From Heterodontus francisci (Eukaryota), in assembly GCF_036365525.1 (NCBI RefSeq), contig NC_090407.1, positions 24,332,084 through 24,396,083 of the forward strand: a DNA stretch of 64,000 bases. The letters are read 5' to 3'. Shown here one piece after another: positions 12,698 through 23,558 of this stretch; positions within the stretch are counted from its first letter, which is position 1, and every line of letters begins with the position of its first letter. Under the pieces are notes generated by a model that was not told the origin of the DNA, did not search any database, and was given only the letters and a program-made list of their open reading frames with translations. Made by a program: the position numbers and the translations under genes.

Positions 12698-13229
12698 TAT
12701 GTATCTGTGCTCTGGGAAAGGCTCACAAAAGCTTGCGATGTGGTGCAGGAATACCTTAAAGCATCCTAAGTCAATATGAAAAAATGGACAGACGAAAATG
12801 CAAAGACCTGCACTTTTCAACCAGGGGATGAAGTATTAGTATCGTTACCGTTACAGGGTGAACCATTAAAACCACGGTTCAGTGACCCATATAGAGTGAT
12901 CAAAAAAGTGGTTAAGGTAGATTACTTGATTGACACTACTGATCGCCGGAAGAAGAATCAGCTGTGTCATATCAATATGTTAAAGCAATATTATCGCAGG
13001 GAGGAGGATAAGCCAGTACAGGTGTGTCAGGTAATGGGGACTGTTGAGAAGGAAAAGGATAGTGAGGATGAGGCAGAAGAAGGCCTAGACAATTCTCATA
13101 TTGAACCTCCAATTATCCAGTTAACTAATACAGAATGGCTAGGAAAATTGGACAAGATGCAAAACGAGGTGAAGACCTAACCAGGCTTTTCACAGCATTT
13201 AAGTGTCTGTAGGTATAAGCCAGGATGTA

Positions 13230-14525
13230 CAACCTTAGCCACACATGATGTGGATATAGGGGAATCTGTACCTTTAAAACAACATCCTTACCACTTAAGT
13301 CCAGATAAATAGGCCCAAGTAAAAGCAGAAATCCAATACATTCTGGAAAACAACTTAATTAAACCTAGTCAAAGCAGCTGGAGTTCATCAAAAGTCTTGA
13401 TGCCTAAACCTGATGGGTCAACCCGACTTTGCATAGACTACAGAAAAGTCAATGCAGTAACGAAGGCAGACTCCTTCCCAATTCCTTGCTTAGAAGACTG
13501 TATTGACAGAGTGGGCAATGCTAGGTTTCTTACGAAGATCTATTTGTTAAAGGGATACTGGCAAGTTCCTTTGACTCCTCGAGCTAGAAATATCAGCTTT
13601 TGTCACATCAGATGGTCTTTATCAGTGCCAAGTGATGCCATTCGGGCTAAAAAATGTCCCAGCAACTTTTCAAAGATGAATGAATCAGGTGGTAGCCAGT
13701 GTTCCCAACTGTGTGGTGTATCTTGATGATGTACTAATATACAGTAACACTTGGAAAGAACACTTAAAAACAGCTGGGAACACTGTTTAAAAAGTTACAA
13801 GCCGCTGATTTAGTGGTAAATCTGCCAAAAACGAATTCGGAAAAGCAAGAGTAACTTATCTCCAACACATAGTGGGGCAAGGACAAGTATTGCCAAGAAC
13901 AGCGAAAGTACAAGCCTTAATGGAGTTCCCTAACCCTAAAACTAAATGCAGAATCATGAGGTTTTTAGGTATATGCAGTTTCTACAGGAAATTTGTACCG
14001 AATTTTAGTGCTGTAGCTACTCCATTAAGCAACTTTCTACAGAAAAGGAAAACCAAAGTAGTATGGTCAGATGAATGCCAGGCAGCTTTTGAAAAGCTAA
14101 AGACAATCTTAACTAATGAATCAGTGTTGGCTACTCCAAATTTTGCTAAACCCTTCAAGATAGCAATTGATGCTAGCGACTTGGGGTTGGTGCAGTCCTA
14201 TTGCAAGATGATGAATCGAGCATAGAAAAACCAGTAGGGCACTTTTCAAGCAAACTAAATTGTCACTAAAAAAAGTATTCCACTGTGGAAAAAGAAAACA
14301 TTAGGACTATTGCTGGCTCTTAAATATTTCAAAGTACATGTCTGCCAACACTATAAAGAAACACTAATATACACTGACCATAACCAATTAAGGTTTGTGG
14401 AAAAATTTAAAAGGCAAAATGCCAGAATATGCAGATGGAGTTTATTGTTACAGCCTTACCATTTGAAGATTGTACATATTTTGGGGGAAAACAATATTAT
14501 CGCCGATGCTTTGTCACAAATTTAA
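13230..14525 (+). pseudogene. Reverse transcriptase and RNase H of element A
   Basis: PKPDGSTRLCIDYRKVN, KGYWQVPL, YLDD at 13719-13730, RFLGICSFYRKFVPNFS, and RNase H motifs IDASDLG, YTDHNQL and NIIADALS. Confidence 0.9.
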
Positions 14526-15714
14526 CCTTGTTAAGTTACATGAATAACAATGGTACAAAGAAAAATTCTGTTAATTATCAGTAGAGTGAATGGGGGCATG
14601 AATGTGAAAATGTTTTTTTTTTCTAGTTTCTGTTTTGCATTGTAATGAAAAGCATTGTCATGCAGGCCCCCACCTGCCAAGAATGAGGCACATTAATTTC
14701 ACCACATGGACATTAAAACTTCAAATTGTTGCTGGGAAGAAGAAAAGGCCTATTACAAGGGCTGCCAGACTGGCTGGAAAGACATTTTTGGCATATTAAC
14801 AGACAGTATTTGAAAGGACAAAAGGGCTATTCCCTGCTCCAATTTAACCCACAATGGACTTTTGATCACCAGGTATTGTGTGTAGAGGAGACATTCCAAA
14901 GTCTGCGAGGACAAAATAATTCACAAGGGTCAGGACTAGTTAGGTGAGCTGGTCACATGACTAACTGGCTGTTTCAGGTTTTTTGAACTTGCCACAGAGA
15001 ATTTGAACTGAGAAAGCTCTTGGCTCCTGGATTGAAAAGATCTCTCCAGGCCGGCTCGCCGCAGCCTTTTCTGTCTGCTCCCATCTCTTTCTCATGGAAC
15101 ACCAAAAACCCATTGAAGACACATGAACCCCAAGAGAGAAAAGTCTCCTTCAGTGAACAATGTTAAAGAAGAATACTGGGCTCCAACGAAAAGCAAGATC
15201 AACCTACAAAAGGACTCGACAGTGAGCTCGAAGAACCGTAACAAACTCTTCAGATATTGTCTCAAACCTTTCCACTTGATTTTTTCTTCTGCTCTTTTCT
15301 CTCTCTATGTGCATGTACTTATCGCGTATGCTTGCTAGCGTGGGGTGCGGTGTGTAACTGTAGGCGTAAACTGAATTAGAGAGTTAAGTTTAAGTTTTAA
15401 TAAATTTCAATGTTTCTTTTTTAAACCTAAGAAAGCCTGTTTGTGCTCATTTCTTTACCTTATTATTGGAAAGTGGTGAACAAGGATTCACCAAGGTGGA
15501 GCTAAAAACTCTGTGTTACAGTAAGACCAGGTAAAGGCTGAAAGGGACCCCTAGCCACCTTTCACACCTGGTCATAGCAGAAATTTGGGTGCTAGCATCC
15601 GGAATTGACCCACAGACAAACGAGAGAAATAGGAAATGGGAAGCCAAATTGTTCCCAATCAAAAAAGAGCAAGATTAATACAGGTTTTCTTGTGGTTGTG
15701 TGTGATTGAATATG

Positions 15715-18273
15715 AACATGTCTGCAACTGAAGCGGGTAGCTCTCCAAATCAGGAGTAACTTGGGATAAGTTAAAAGCACTGTCTATGGAGGAGTTGAGG
15801 GAAATGGCTGAGCAGTGTGGGATCAGTGTACATGGCAAGGCAAGGAGGTCCAAACTCCTCAGGCGAGTGGCCAACCATTTTTCTCTTGAATCTGAAGAAG
15901 CAGAAGCAGTGTTAGAAGCAGACTTTGACAAGGTATTGTTAGCAAAGATACAATGGGAACAAAGGAAATTTGAATTTGAGGAGAGGGAGAGAGAAAGAAT
16001 ATTCGGGAAGGAATGCGAAGAGAGAGAGTTGAAGCGGCTTGAGTTAACTAGGGGGTGACAGAGTAACCCCAGTGAAAGCATGGCCAATATGGAGGAGAAT
16101 AATTCAGGGCTGGGTACAAAATTGTTAAAACTAGCTCCGTTAATTCCAAAATTCAATGAGGAGGATGTAGAAGCACCTTTTGTGTCCTTTGAGAAACTAG
16201 CAAGGCAGCTAAAATGGCCAGCTGAGACCTGGTCTCTTTTACTACAAAGCAAGCTAACTGGAAAAGCCCATGAGGTTTATTCCCTGTTGCCAGATGAGAG
16301 TTCATCAAATTACGAACTGACCAAAACTGCTATCACAGCATAGGAATTAGTACCTGAAGCCTATCACCAAATGTTTAGAACCCTCAAGAAGCACACTAAT
16401 CAAACTTATCTGGAGTTTGAAACAAGTAAGGAGCAGGCTTTTGACCAGTGGCTGAGGGCTCTTAAAGCACAGCTGAGCTATGAGAACCTCAGGTAAGTAG
16501 TTCTGTTAGAGGAATTTAAAAACTCTCTCCCACTCTCAATAAAGACCCATATAGAGGAGCAGTGGGTTCAGAATAAAGGCCTACTCAGGTCTGCAAATGA
16601 GACCCGACCCGAACCTGACAGAACCCCATCCGACCCCGAGCCGGCCAGAGTCCTTCCAATTTTTCCTGCACCCGACCCGACCATCAGTTAACTTACCTTC
16701 CATTTTGCACTTTGTTCCTTACCTGCACAAGCTTAAAATAATTGTAACAAAACCACCTTGAAAGTCCAAAAAGTAAATTAGCATTAGTCACTTACCTGAG
16801 GTGGTGATAGAGCGTGTCCGATCCATCCCGGCCCGTCGGGTTCAGTTCGGGTAGCAGGCCTTTAGTTCAGAGAGCCCAGCAAGCAGCCGTTCTGGCCAAT
16901 GAGTTTTCTTTGATTTATAAGTTGGTTTCCCAGGGGAGAACCTTTCCTGATCACCACCACAAATCCAAAAAGGACAAAGAGTGGGAAGGTGATGCCCAGG
17001 CAGTCCTGGAAGAAAAAGGAAAGCAGTAGACATAGGGGGCCCTCCTCCAGCCAAAAAGGAAGATGAAGTGTGAGACCGGAGACCTGTGTGCTTCCATTGT
17101 AATAAAGCAGGGCATTTAAAAGCTGACTCATGGAAACTAAAGGGAAAACCTGTAGGGTTAATCAGGGCACACCCACTTAGTGATGGAAAGCACAGCAGAA
17201 CAAGTTGTGGCTTTAACTGCAATAAGGGTGCAATCCAGGAAGCTTACTATGGCCAGTGCAGGAAAAGCTAATAGGATTCCTGAAGGCTATCAGGGTTTTG
17301 TGTTTGAATGGAAAGTAATCCCTTCCCCCTCGAGTGCGGCAAGCAAGCCCATAGTAATTCTTAGGGATCAGGAGCCACTAGATCCCTTTTACTGGAAAAA
17401 GGCCTGAACTTTCCCCCAGAGTGCAGTGAATACCAAAATGGTGGTGAATGGTATTGGAGGGCAGTATACATACTTGTACAGCGGGTGCACCTGGGGTGCG
17501 ACCTAGTTTTGGGACCGGTGACTGTAGGAATTGTCCCTAGTTTGCCTGTGGATGGGGTTGACCTGCTCCTAGATAATGATCTTGTAGGGGTGACGGTGGT
17601 ACTTCCGCCCCGCCCCACCCCACCAGTAGTGAAAGAAAGACCACAGGAGGTCAGAGAGACAGGACAGTGGCAGGAGATGGTCCCCTGCAGTGTCCCTGAA
17701 TGTGTAGTGGGTCAGGCCATGATCAAACCAGCTCCCCCAGAGGCGACTGCATTGGCACTGCAGGCAGATGACCATGAGGTCTGCCTGTCCGAGACTTTCG
17801 TTCGAAAGTTAGGAGACCCAGGGAATGAATTAAATGGATTTTCCCTAACTGAGGCTCAGCGAGCCAAACCAGTATTGCAAGAGTTAGCACAGGCTGCCCA
17901 GTCTGAAAATGAAGCAGCGAAAGTCCCTGCCTGCTACTATTTAAAGAATGAGGTACTGATGAGGAAATGGAGTTCTCCTCACAAACCTAAGGGAAAGGAG
18001 TGGACAGTAGTTCACCAGTTAGTGGTGCCGCATAGGTACTGGGGAGAAATATTAAGAAGGGCCCATGAAACGACAGTGGCTGTACATGCCGGTATACGAA
18101 AGACCAAAGCCTGCACGAGTCAGCAGTTTGACTGGCCAAAACTCCATAAAGATGGTGGTGGAGTACTGCAGGAGTTGCCACATGTTGAGGGGAAACCCCA
18201 ACCTACAGTGAAACCTGCACCCCTAAGTCCTGTACCAGTGTTAGGAGGACCCCCCAGCAGAGGTGAACAGTAA
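15715..18273 (+). pseudogene. gag, protease and integrase N-terminus of element B
   Basis: FNEEDVEAPFVSFEKLARQLKWP (capsid), knuckle CFHCNKAGHLKADS, VDLLLDNDL (protease) and RAHETTVAVHAGIRKTK (integrase HHCC), all homologous to element A. Confidence 0.82.
16574..16864. mobile_element. hAT-type MITE inserted in the gag of element B
   Basis: TIRs taaaggcctact / agcaggccttta, an 8-bp duplication gttcagaa/gttcagag and subterminal cccga repeats. Same family as 50573-50934. Confidence 0.85.
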
Positions 18274-19057
18274 GAGACCCCCGCTGAGAACAAAAGAGGA
18301 CAAACAGGCACACAGCTGGCAAAAGTTTAGAAAGAGAAGGGGAAAAAGTGACCAAGAGGGCAGGTTAAAGGAATTCCGGGAGAAATCCCGGATGAAAAAC
18401 CCCACTGTCCTGTCAGCCAACCCCGAAAAATGTGAAAAGTTAGACCCCACATCCTCCTATGTAAATACAGCCACCAGAAGCCAGAGTTGCGAACAGCATT
18501 TACAGGAACCTGCAGAGACAAAGAGAGACCTCCAAGGGGCACAGAAACCGTGAGGGTGTGCCTCACCTAGTTGAAGTGCCACAGGAAAGTGCAGTCAAGT
18601 CTGCACAAATACCTACAGGCAGAGAACAAAGGGGAGATTAATAAAGAATCCTTCCCCACAGTTAGAGAAAAAGGGAACCACCCATCCCCTGAAGTCAAAA
18701 ACCTTTGTATGTCTCAGCAAAGCACTGAAACAGAGCTCAGGATACACCTGCCCAATATGAACACTCCTGGAAAAAAAAATTACCTCAGCAGGAACAAAGA
18801 TCCTAGACAGCCATGGAAATGGGAAACTGAAGAAAAACTTCCCCAAAGAACTAGATGGTTACTGGGATGCCAAAAAGGGGAAATTGAAGCAGTACTTGCA
18901 CCAAGAAAAGACAGTTTTAGTAAGCTTTAAGATTTATGAATGAATGGATGAATGAGAGAAATGCATGGTTTTCGGTATCATATATATTTCTCTCAATCCT
19001 TTTAATGAAATGTGCCTTTCTTTTTCAAATCGCATTTCATTCCCCTGGGTGTGGAAG

Positions 19058-19992
19058 TGTCATGCAGGTCCCTACCTGCCAAGAATGAGGCACATTAATT
19101 TCACCACATGGACATTAAAACTTCAAATTGTTGCTGGGAAGAAGAGAAGGCCTATTACAAGGGCTGCCAGATGGGCTGAAAAGACATTTTTTGCATTTTA
19201 ACAGACAGTACTTGAAAGGACAAAGGGGCTATTTCGTGATCCAATTTAACCCCTGGAAAGGAATCTTTGCATAGTTGGAGGTAGCAAATTCCTTTTTACT
19301 TCCAGTCTCTGAGAAGTCTCTGCCTCAGGAGTGACTTTCTGTTGCCTTTTGTGTTTCTGAGAGTTCTGGAATCTCAGGAAAGTTCCACTGTTAGAGTGCT
19401 AATTCAAAATCCAAATAGACCTGTTGCTATACTCTTTGTTGAAATATTTGTGTGATGCCTGCTGTAGCCAACTGCCTTGAACACCTATCCATTACAGACT
19501 GTTCATCAAATTAGCCTGGATACTTTGAGTAGTATCTGACTATTTGACTCCGGGACACCTCACCGAACCAGGAAAGTAACCCACCAGGACTTACAACCCA
19601 GTCATTTTATTATTCCTAAGAAACAGCTCTAATTTAAAACATAAATTTAAAAACTGGTTAATTGTTGGTTTTTGAATGTATGTGTGTGTGCATGAGGGTG
19701 AGGAGGAATAAGAAGTTGTAAAGTCTTTTCAGACACAGATTTATCTCAATATTGTTTAAGATTTAGTTTATTAATAAATAGTTGATTTATTGTTATGAAA
19801 GGAAACCTGGTTTGGTGTGTTTTATTCTGGGGGTTAATATAGTGTTTAATCTGGCTAATTTCCAGTAGATGAGAAGTTTTACTGATATGCTATGACCTGT
19901 GAAGTGGTGGGACTGAATTAGCAGTGCATTACTCCCATTTGGGATCGTATTAATTGGGGACTCTCAACCGGGATCGCACCTTGGTCGTAACA
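19058..19992 (+). repeat. Chimeric 3' LTR: first 195 bp from element B (19058-19252) joined to the last 740 bp of LTR A (19253-19992)
   Basis: Matches LTR B up to ...aatttaaccc, then switches directly to ctggaaaggaatctttgc, which is position 7420 of LTR A. Confidence 0.88.
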
Positions 19993-21518
19993 ATATTCAG
20001 ATCATGACTGTCTTCCTGTACTCTAATGTACCCCTGACATGCTAAATGTACCTATAGATCACCTGCACTCATTTTTATACAGACTATGAGCCTTAATTTG
20101 AACTAAACAGAAAGTAGATAAAAAGCTGTGTTTGATTTTTTTGTCCATGCTTCTTTAACTGCAATTTGTTAACTGTAATATGACATTAACTTGCTCCTCT
20201 GTGCTGTATTTAGCAACCTCAGTAATGTGTCAAGAAGATTCCTCTGTTCAGTACAAATTGATAACATTGTAAATATACTGTAAAAGAATATGCTTAAATA
20301 ATTCACTGGGTTGAACAAACTGAGAGAATCCCCCGCAATGTTAATAATGCCACAAATGCTCAGGAAAATCATCCCCAAATTTGATGTTATCAAGACATAC
20401 TTCAGGAAATTTAGTATTAAAAACAGAAAAGGGTGGAAATCAGGGCAGATCAATAAGCATCCATAAAGACGCTGAATTTGGAAGTGGATCAGGACAAGGC
20501 TGATGGGTGATTCGGACTGAGTACAGGATAGAATACAGGGAGTGCATGAATCAGCTTTGTGTAGAGTGGAGCTCTGGAGGCCAGTGAAGGGAACATTAAA
20601 AAAAAAATTGAGCTCGGATGCGGGAATCAACGGCCAGAGGGACAGAGGTGATTAATATTACAGAGGAAAAAAATAACCAGCATGGGTGATAGACTGGGCC
20701 TGCTTTTGAAAGTCAAACCAGGCCAACCAGGACAATGAATTGTGCAGTCAAGTTTTGGCTGAGTGTGCACTCAAGGAGTGGGATGGAATCACAGACTGAG
20801 ATAAAGATTTACTGTAGTCAATGAAACACTAACATCTTACAAGTGCTGCCGGACCTATTGTGCATATCCAGAATATTCTCTTTTTATTTTATATTAGATG
20901 TAGAATTTCCTGGTAACCAAACAGAGGTTATTACTTAGTAAATGTGCCAGGATGACCTCCGACACAAGGATATAACATGTGGTATTAGTTCATGTTTGCA
21001 CCAACAATCACTAGCAGCACAAAATGTATTCACAAATGGAAACCAAAGGCACATTTTTATTTCTGGTGAGCTGGCTCTCTGGCATGCCTGATTGATCCTT
21101 CTGCAGTGGATACAGTTTCCCGTTCTCCATTACAGAGTGCTGACTCTTTTCTTAATGAGGCATCCCACTGGCCTAAACTTGGAGAACTTAAGCACAGGTT
21201 GATAAAAATCAAGGATTATGGACCTCTAAATCTGTTTAGGGAAGAAATAATTTAATCAGTTAAAAATGTGAGCTGATAGATACAGAACAATGGTGAGCTT
21301 TCTGCTACTTGGCCAGCTATTACCACCTGATGTATTTAACCCATTGCCTTGCAAGGTTATCCAAAGCCAACTGTGAAGAATCCAAGCTTCCAGTTATGAA
21401 CTGTCATTTGGACAAGGTCCAAGAGGGTTCCTGGCACCTGTGAAACTGTACACTTTTTTTTGGAGAGCTGGCTCTCTGGCATGCCTGATTGATCAACAAG
21501 AGTACAAGGCACAAGAGT

Positions 21519-21865
21519 GGGCGGCACAGTGGCTAGCACCGCAGCCTCACAGCTCCAGTGACCTGGGTTCAATTCTGGGTACTGCCTGTGTGGAGTTTGC
21601 AAGTTCTCCCTGTGTCTGCGTGGGTTTCCTCCAGGTGCTCCAGTTTCCTCCCACATGCCAAAAGGCTTGCAGGTTGATAGGTTAATTGGCCATTATAAAT
21701 TGCCCCTAATATAGGTAGGTGGTAGGGAAATATAGGGACAGGTGGAAATGTGGTAGGAATATGGGATTAGTGTAGGATTAGTATAAATGGGTGGTTGATG
21801 GTCGGCACTGACTCGGTGGGCCAAAGGGCCTGTTTCAGTGCTGTATCTCTAAACTAAAACTAAAA
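21519..21865 (+). mobile_element. HE1-type V-SINE (tRNA-derived)
   Basis: tRNA-like head with a B box (ggttcaattc), the V-domain core tgtgtggagtttgcaagttctccctgtgtctgcgtgggtttcctcc and a (ctaaa)n tail. Confidence 0.85.
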
Positions 21866-22057
21866 GCTTCAGGGCTGCTCCTACAAATCCCATCAATGAG
21901 CCAGCCTGCCCAGTTAGTCAACATTAGTGTTCCCCAGTACGGTAGACCTGGCTGGTATCACATCTGAGATTGGGAGTAAGATATGTATATGTTTGAAGCA
22001 AAGTACTTACCATAAATTCTATCACATTGGAGAAGGACAATATTGTGCCATAACCCT

Positions 22058-22150
22058 GTCCATAGATTCTGAGCATGACCCGACTGAGACATAAGAGTTG
22101 TCCACAGATTCTCAGCATGACTCTACAGAGATACAGAACTGCCTGTGTAC
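22058..22150. repeat. Degenerate tandem repeat, about 42-bp unit, about 2.3 copies
   Basis: gtccatagattctgagcatgac... and gtccacagattctcagcatgac... start 42 bp apart. Confidence 0.6.
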
Positions 22151-22647
22151 TCAGCCTGATGTGGATACTTTGCTTTGTTACTTGTTATATTTTCTTTTAT
22201 CAGTCTTCTGCTGAAATTGTTTAGCGAGATATGGACTGTAAAAAAAATTATCAAGCACATACAGCAGACAGTGATGGGTGATAAGGTTCAGCCCATATTC
22301 AATATTCCCCGTATATTAATGTGTTGATCTCAGTTGTGGCTTCAGGAGTTGACTCTCAGTGGAGGGCAGGCATTTAGGAAGGGACATAAATGCTGACTAT
22401 GAACCTCGCAGGTCAGACACTTCCAAGTGGCTGAACACACAGAAGCATGATATAGTATCTGATATAGGTTGCCTGTACCCCACTTTGGTAGAACAACAGG
22501 AGAAAGCTTAAAAGAAGTGAAAAGAGGATGCATTAAACTGCCCAAAATGTATATAAACTAGGGTGAAACACAGCTCCCTGCATGGTGATTCCTTGCTCTG
22601 TCAGAAATGAATGTAAAGTTGTTTTCCACTTGTGAATCGAACTCCAA

Positions 22648-23286
22648 GGGCTGAATTTTTCCACCAGGTAAGAAGTCTTGCCATCGAGACCAAAAGCAGG
22701 ACCAAACCCTGTGCCAGCGGGTGGCAAGACCCTGGCCAGCATTTCACCGGAGGTGGCCAATTAAGAGGCCGCCGCTGGGACCACTTTCCGATTGAGGATG
22801 GTAACCTGCCTCTTAGAGCTGCTGGCCCAATCAGAGGGCTGCTAGAAGTGGCCAATGCTAAGGCTGCAGGATGAAGAAGAGGGAGCCACCATGTCCAAGT
22901 GCCCTCAAAGACAAAATAAGTTTTTTTCTTACCATGCCGGGGCCACGCAGGCAGGCAGACCATGGCAATCTGGGGGGGGGGGGGGGCACCTTCTATCAGG
23001 GGTGGCCATTGCCACCAGGGGGCCTCTCCATGGGCCATGGAGTAGCATAAAGGAGCCATCCCCCACCCGCAACCCAGGAACTTACTGGGAGGCCGCCAGG
23101 CTTTACCTGGCGGTCACCTCACACAATGGTGATACAATGCTGGCAGGGACAGAAGGTGATCCTTAATTGGGCACTTAATTGGCACAATTGGCCACCTAGT
23201 GGGTGGCCATGCTGATGCCTTCTGATGCTATTTTACCAGCCCTCCCACCTCCCAGCCCGAGCCAAAGGGCTGGTAAAATCCAGCCC
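22648..23286. mobile_element. GC-rich PIF/Harbinger-like MITE upstream of the ORA gene
   Basis: TIRs gggctgaatttt / gtaaaatccagccc and CAA duplicated (22645-22647/23287-23289). Internal motifs are shared with 11952-12697. Confidence 0.82.
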
Positions 23287-23558
23287 CAAGTGAATGGCCA
23301 CTGAGCAAAGGTACGAGAGGGGAAATTGCAAGAGTCTGATGACCTACATCTGTAATGCACCAGGAGTTAGGATGAGGACAAAAAACAGGAAAAAGTCACA
23401 CAAATGGTGCCCTATGTGAAAACCTGTGAAAGTACTGAAAGTGTTTAAAAGGTATCAGGCGCCATTTAAAAACACAACTTTGTACTGATTCATTTATGCT
23501 TTTTGTTATCTTTTTCAGATTGCTGATCTGGAGATAACGGTTTTTAGGGAACGAGGAG

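Larger units (their letters stand above)
10074..13180 (+). pseudogene. Integrase of element A, split by a solo LTR and a MITE
   Basis: HHCC finger (LAHDILFAGHRG...CRTCHTC), core fragments FSRVLVDCV and MDMTTRFPEAIPL...DQGSNF...SAYHPQTQG, and a GPY/F-like motif (FSDPYRV). Confidence 0.88.
14656..19252 (+). mobile_element. Second Gmr1-like LTR element (element B), internally deleted, nested in the 3' region of element A
   Basis: 5' LTR 14656-15579 (TGTCATGCAGG...gtcatagca) and a Pro-like PBS at about 15586-15605. Contains gag, protease and an integrase zinc finger. A purine tract precedes a truncated 3' LTR (19058-19252) matching the start of the 5' LTR. Confidence 0.87.
7120..19992 (+). mobile_element. 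Gmr1-like Ty3/Gypsy LTR retrotransposon (element A), decayed, with nested insertions
   Basis: Begins TGTCA at 7120 and ends TAACA at 19992, flanked by ATAT (7116-7119/19993-19996). Domains occur in the order gag, protease, integrase, RT, RNase H, with many stops and frameshifts. Confidence 0.93.

Noticed and set aside
11986-12769. Several long overlapping ORFs (up to 223 aa) on both strands
   Set aside because: They lie within the GC-rich MITE, where stops are rare, and show no transposase or other motifs. The same applies to ORFs at 387-972 and 22533-23166.
15659-16252. 197-aa minus-strand ORF
   Set aside because: Antisense shadow of the purine-rich gag of element B.
18263-18930. Possible env or accessory ORF before the 3' LTR of element B
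   Set aside because: The ORFs are short and hydrophilic, with no signal peptide or TM segment, and part of the region resembles the IN-RT linker of element A.
21100-21255. Faint resemblance of VSRSPLQSADSFLNEA to a VWA5B1 C-terminal segment, a gene I recall lying near OTUD3 in human
   Set aside because: Too few identities, in-frame stops on both sides and no other matching exon found.
21519-21590. tRNA-like sequences at SINE heads (also near 35480, 42600-42671, 43390-43458 and 61975)
   Set aside because: They continue into SINE bodies and do not form a full cloverleaf, so they are not tRNA genes.
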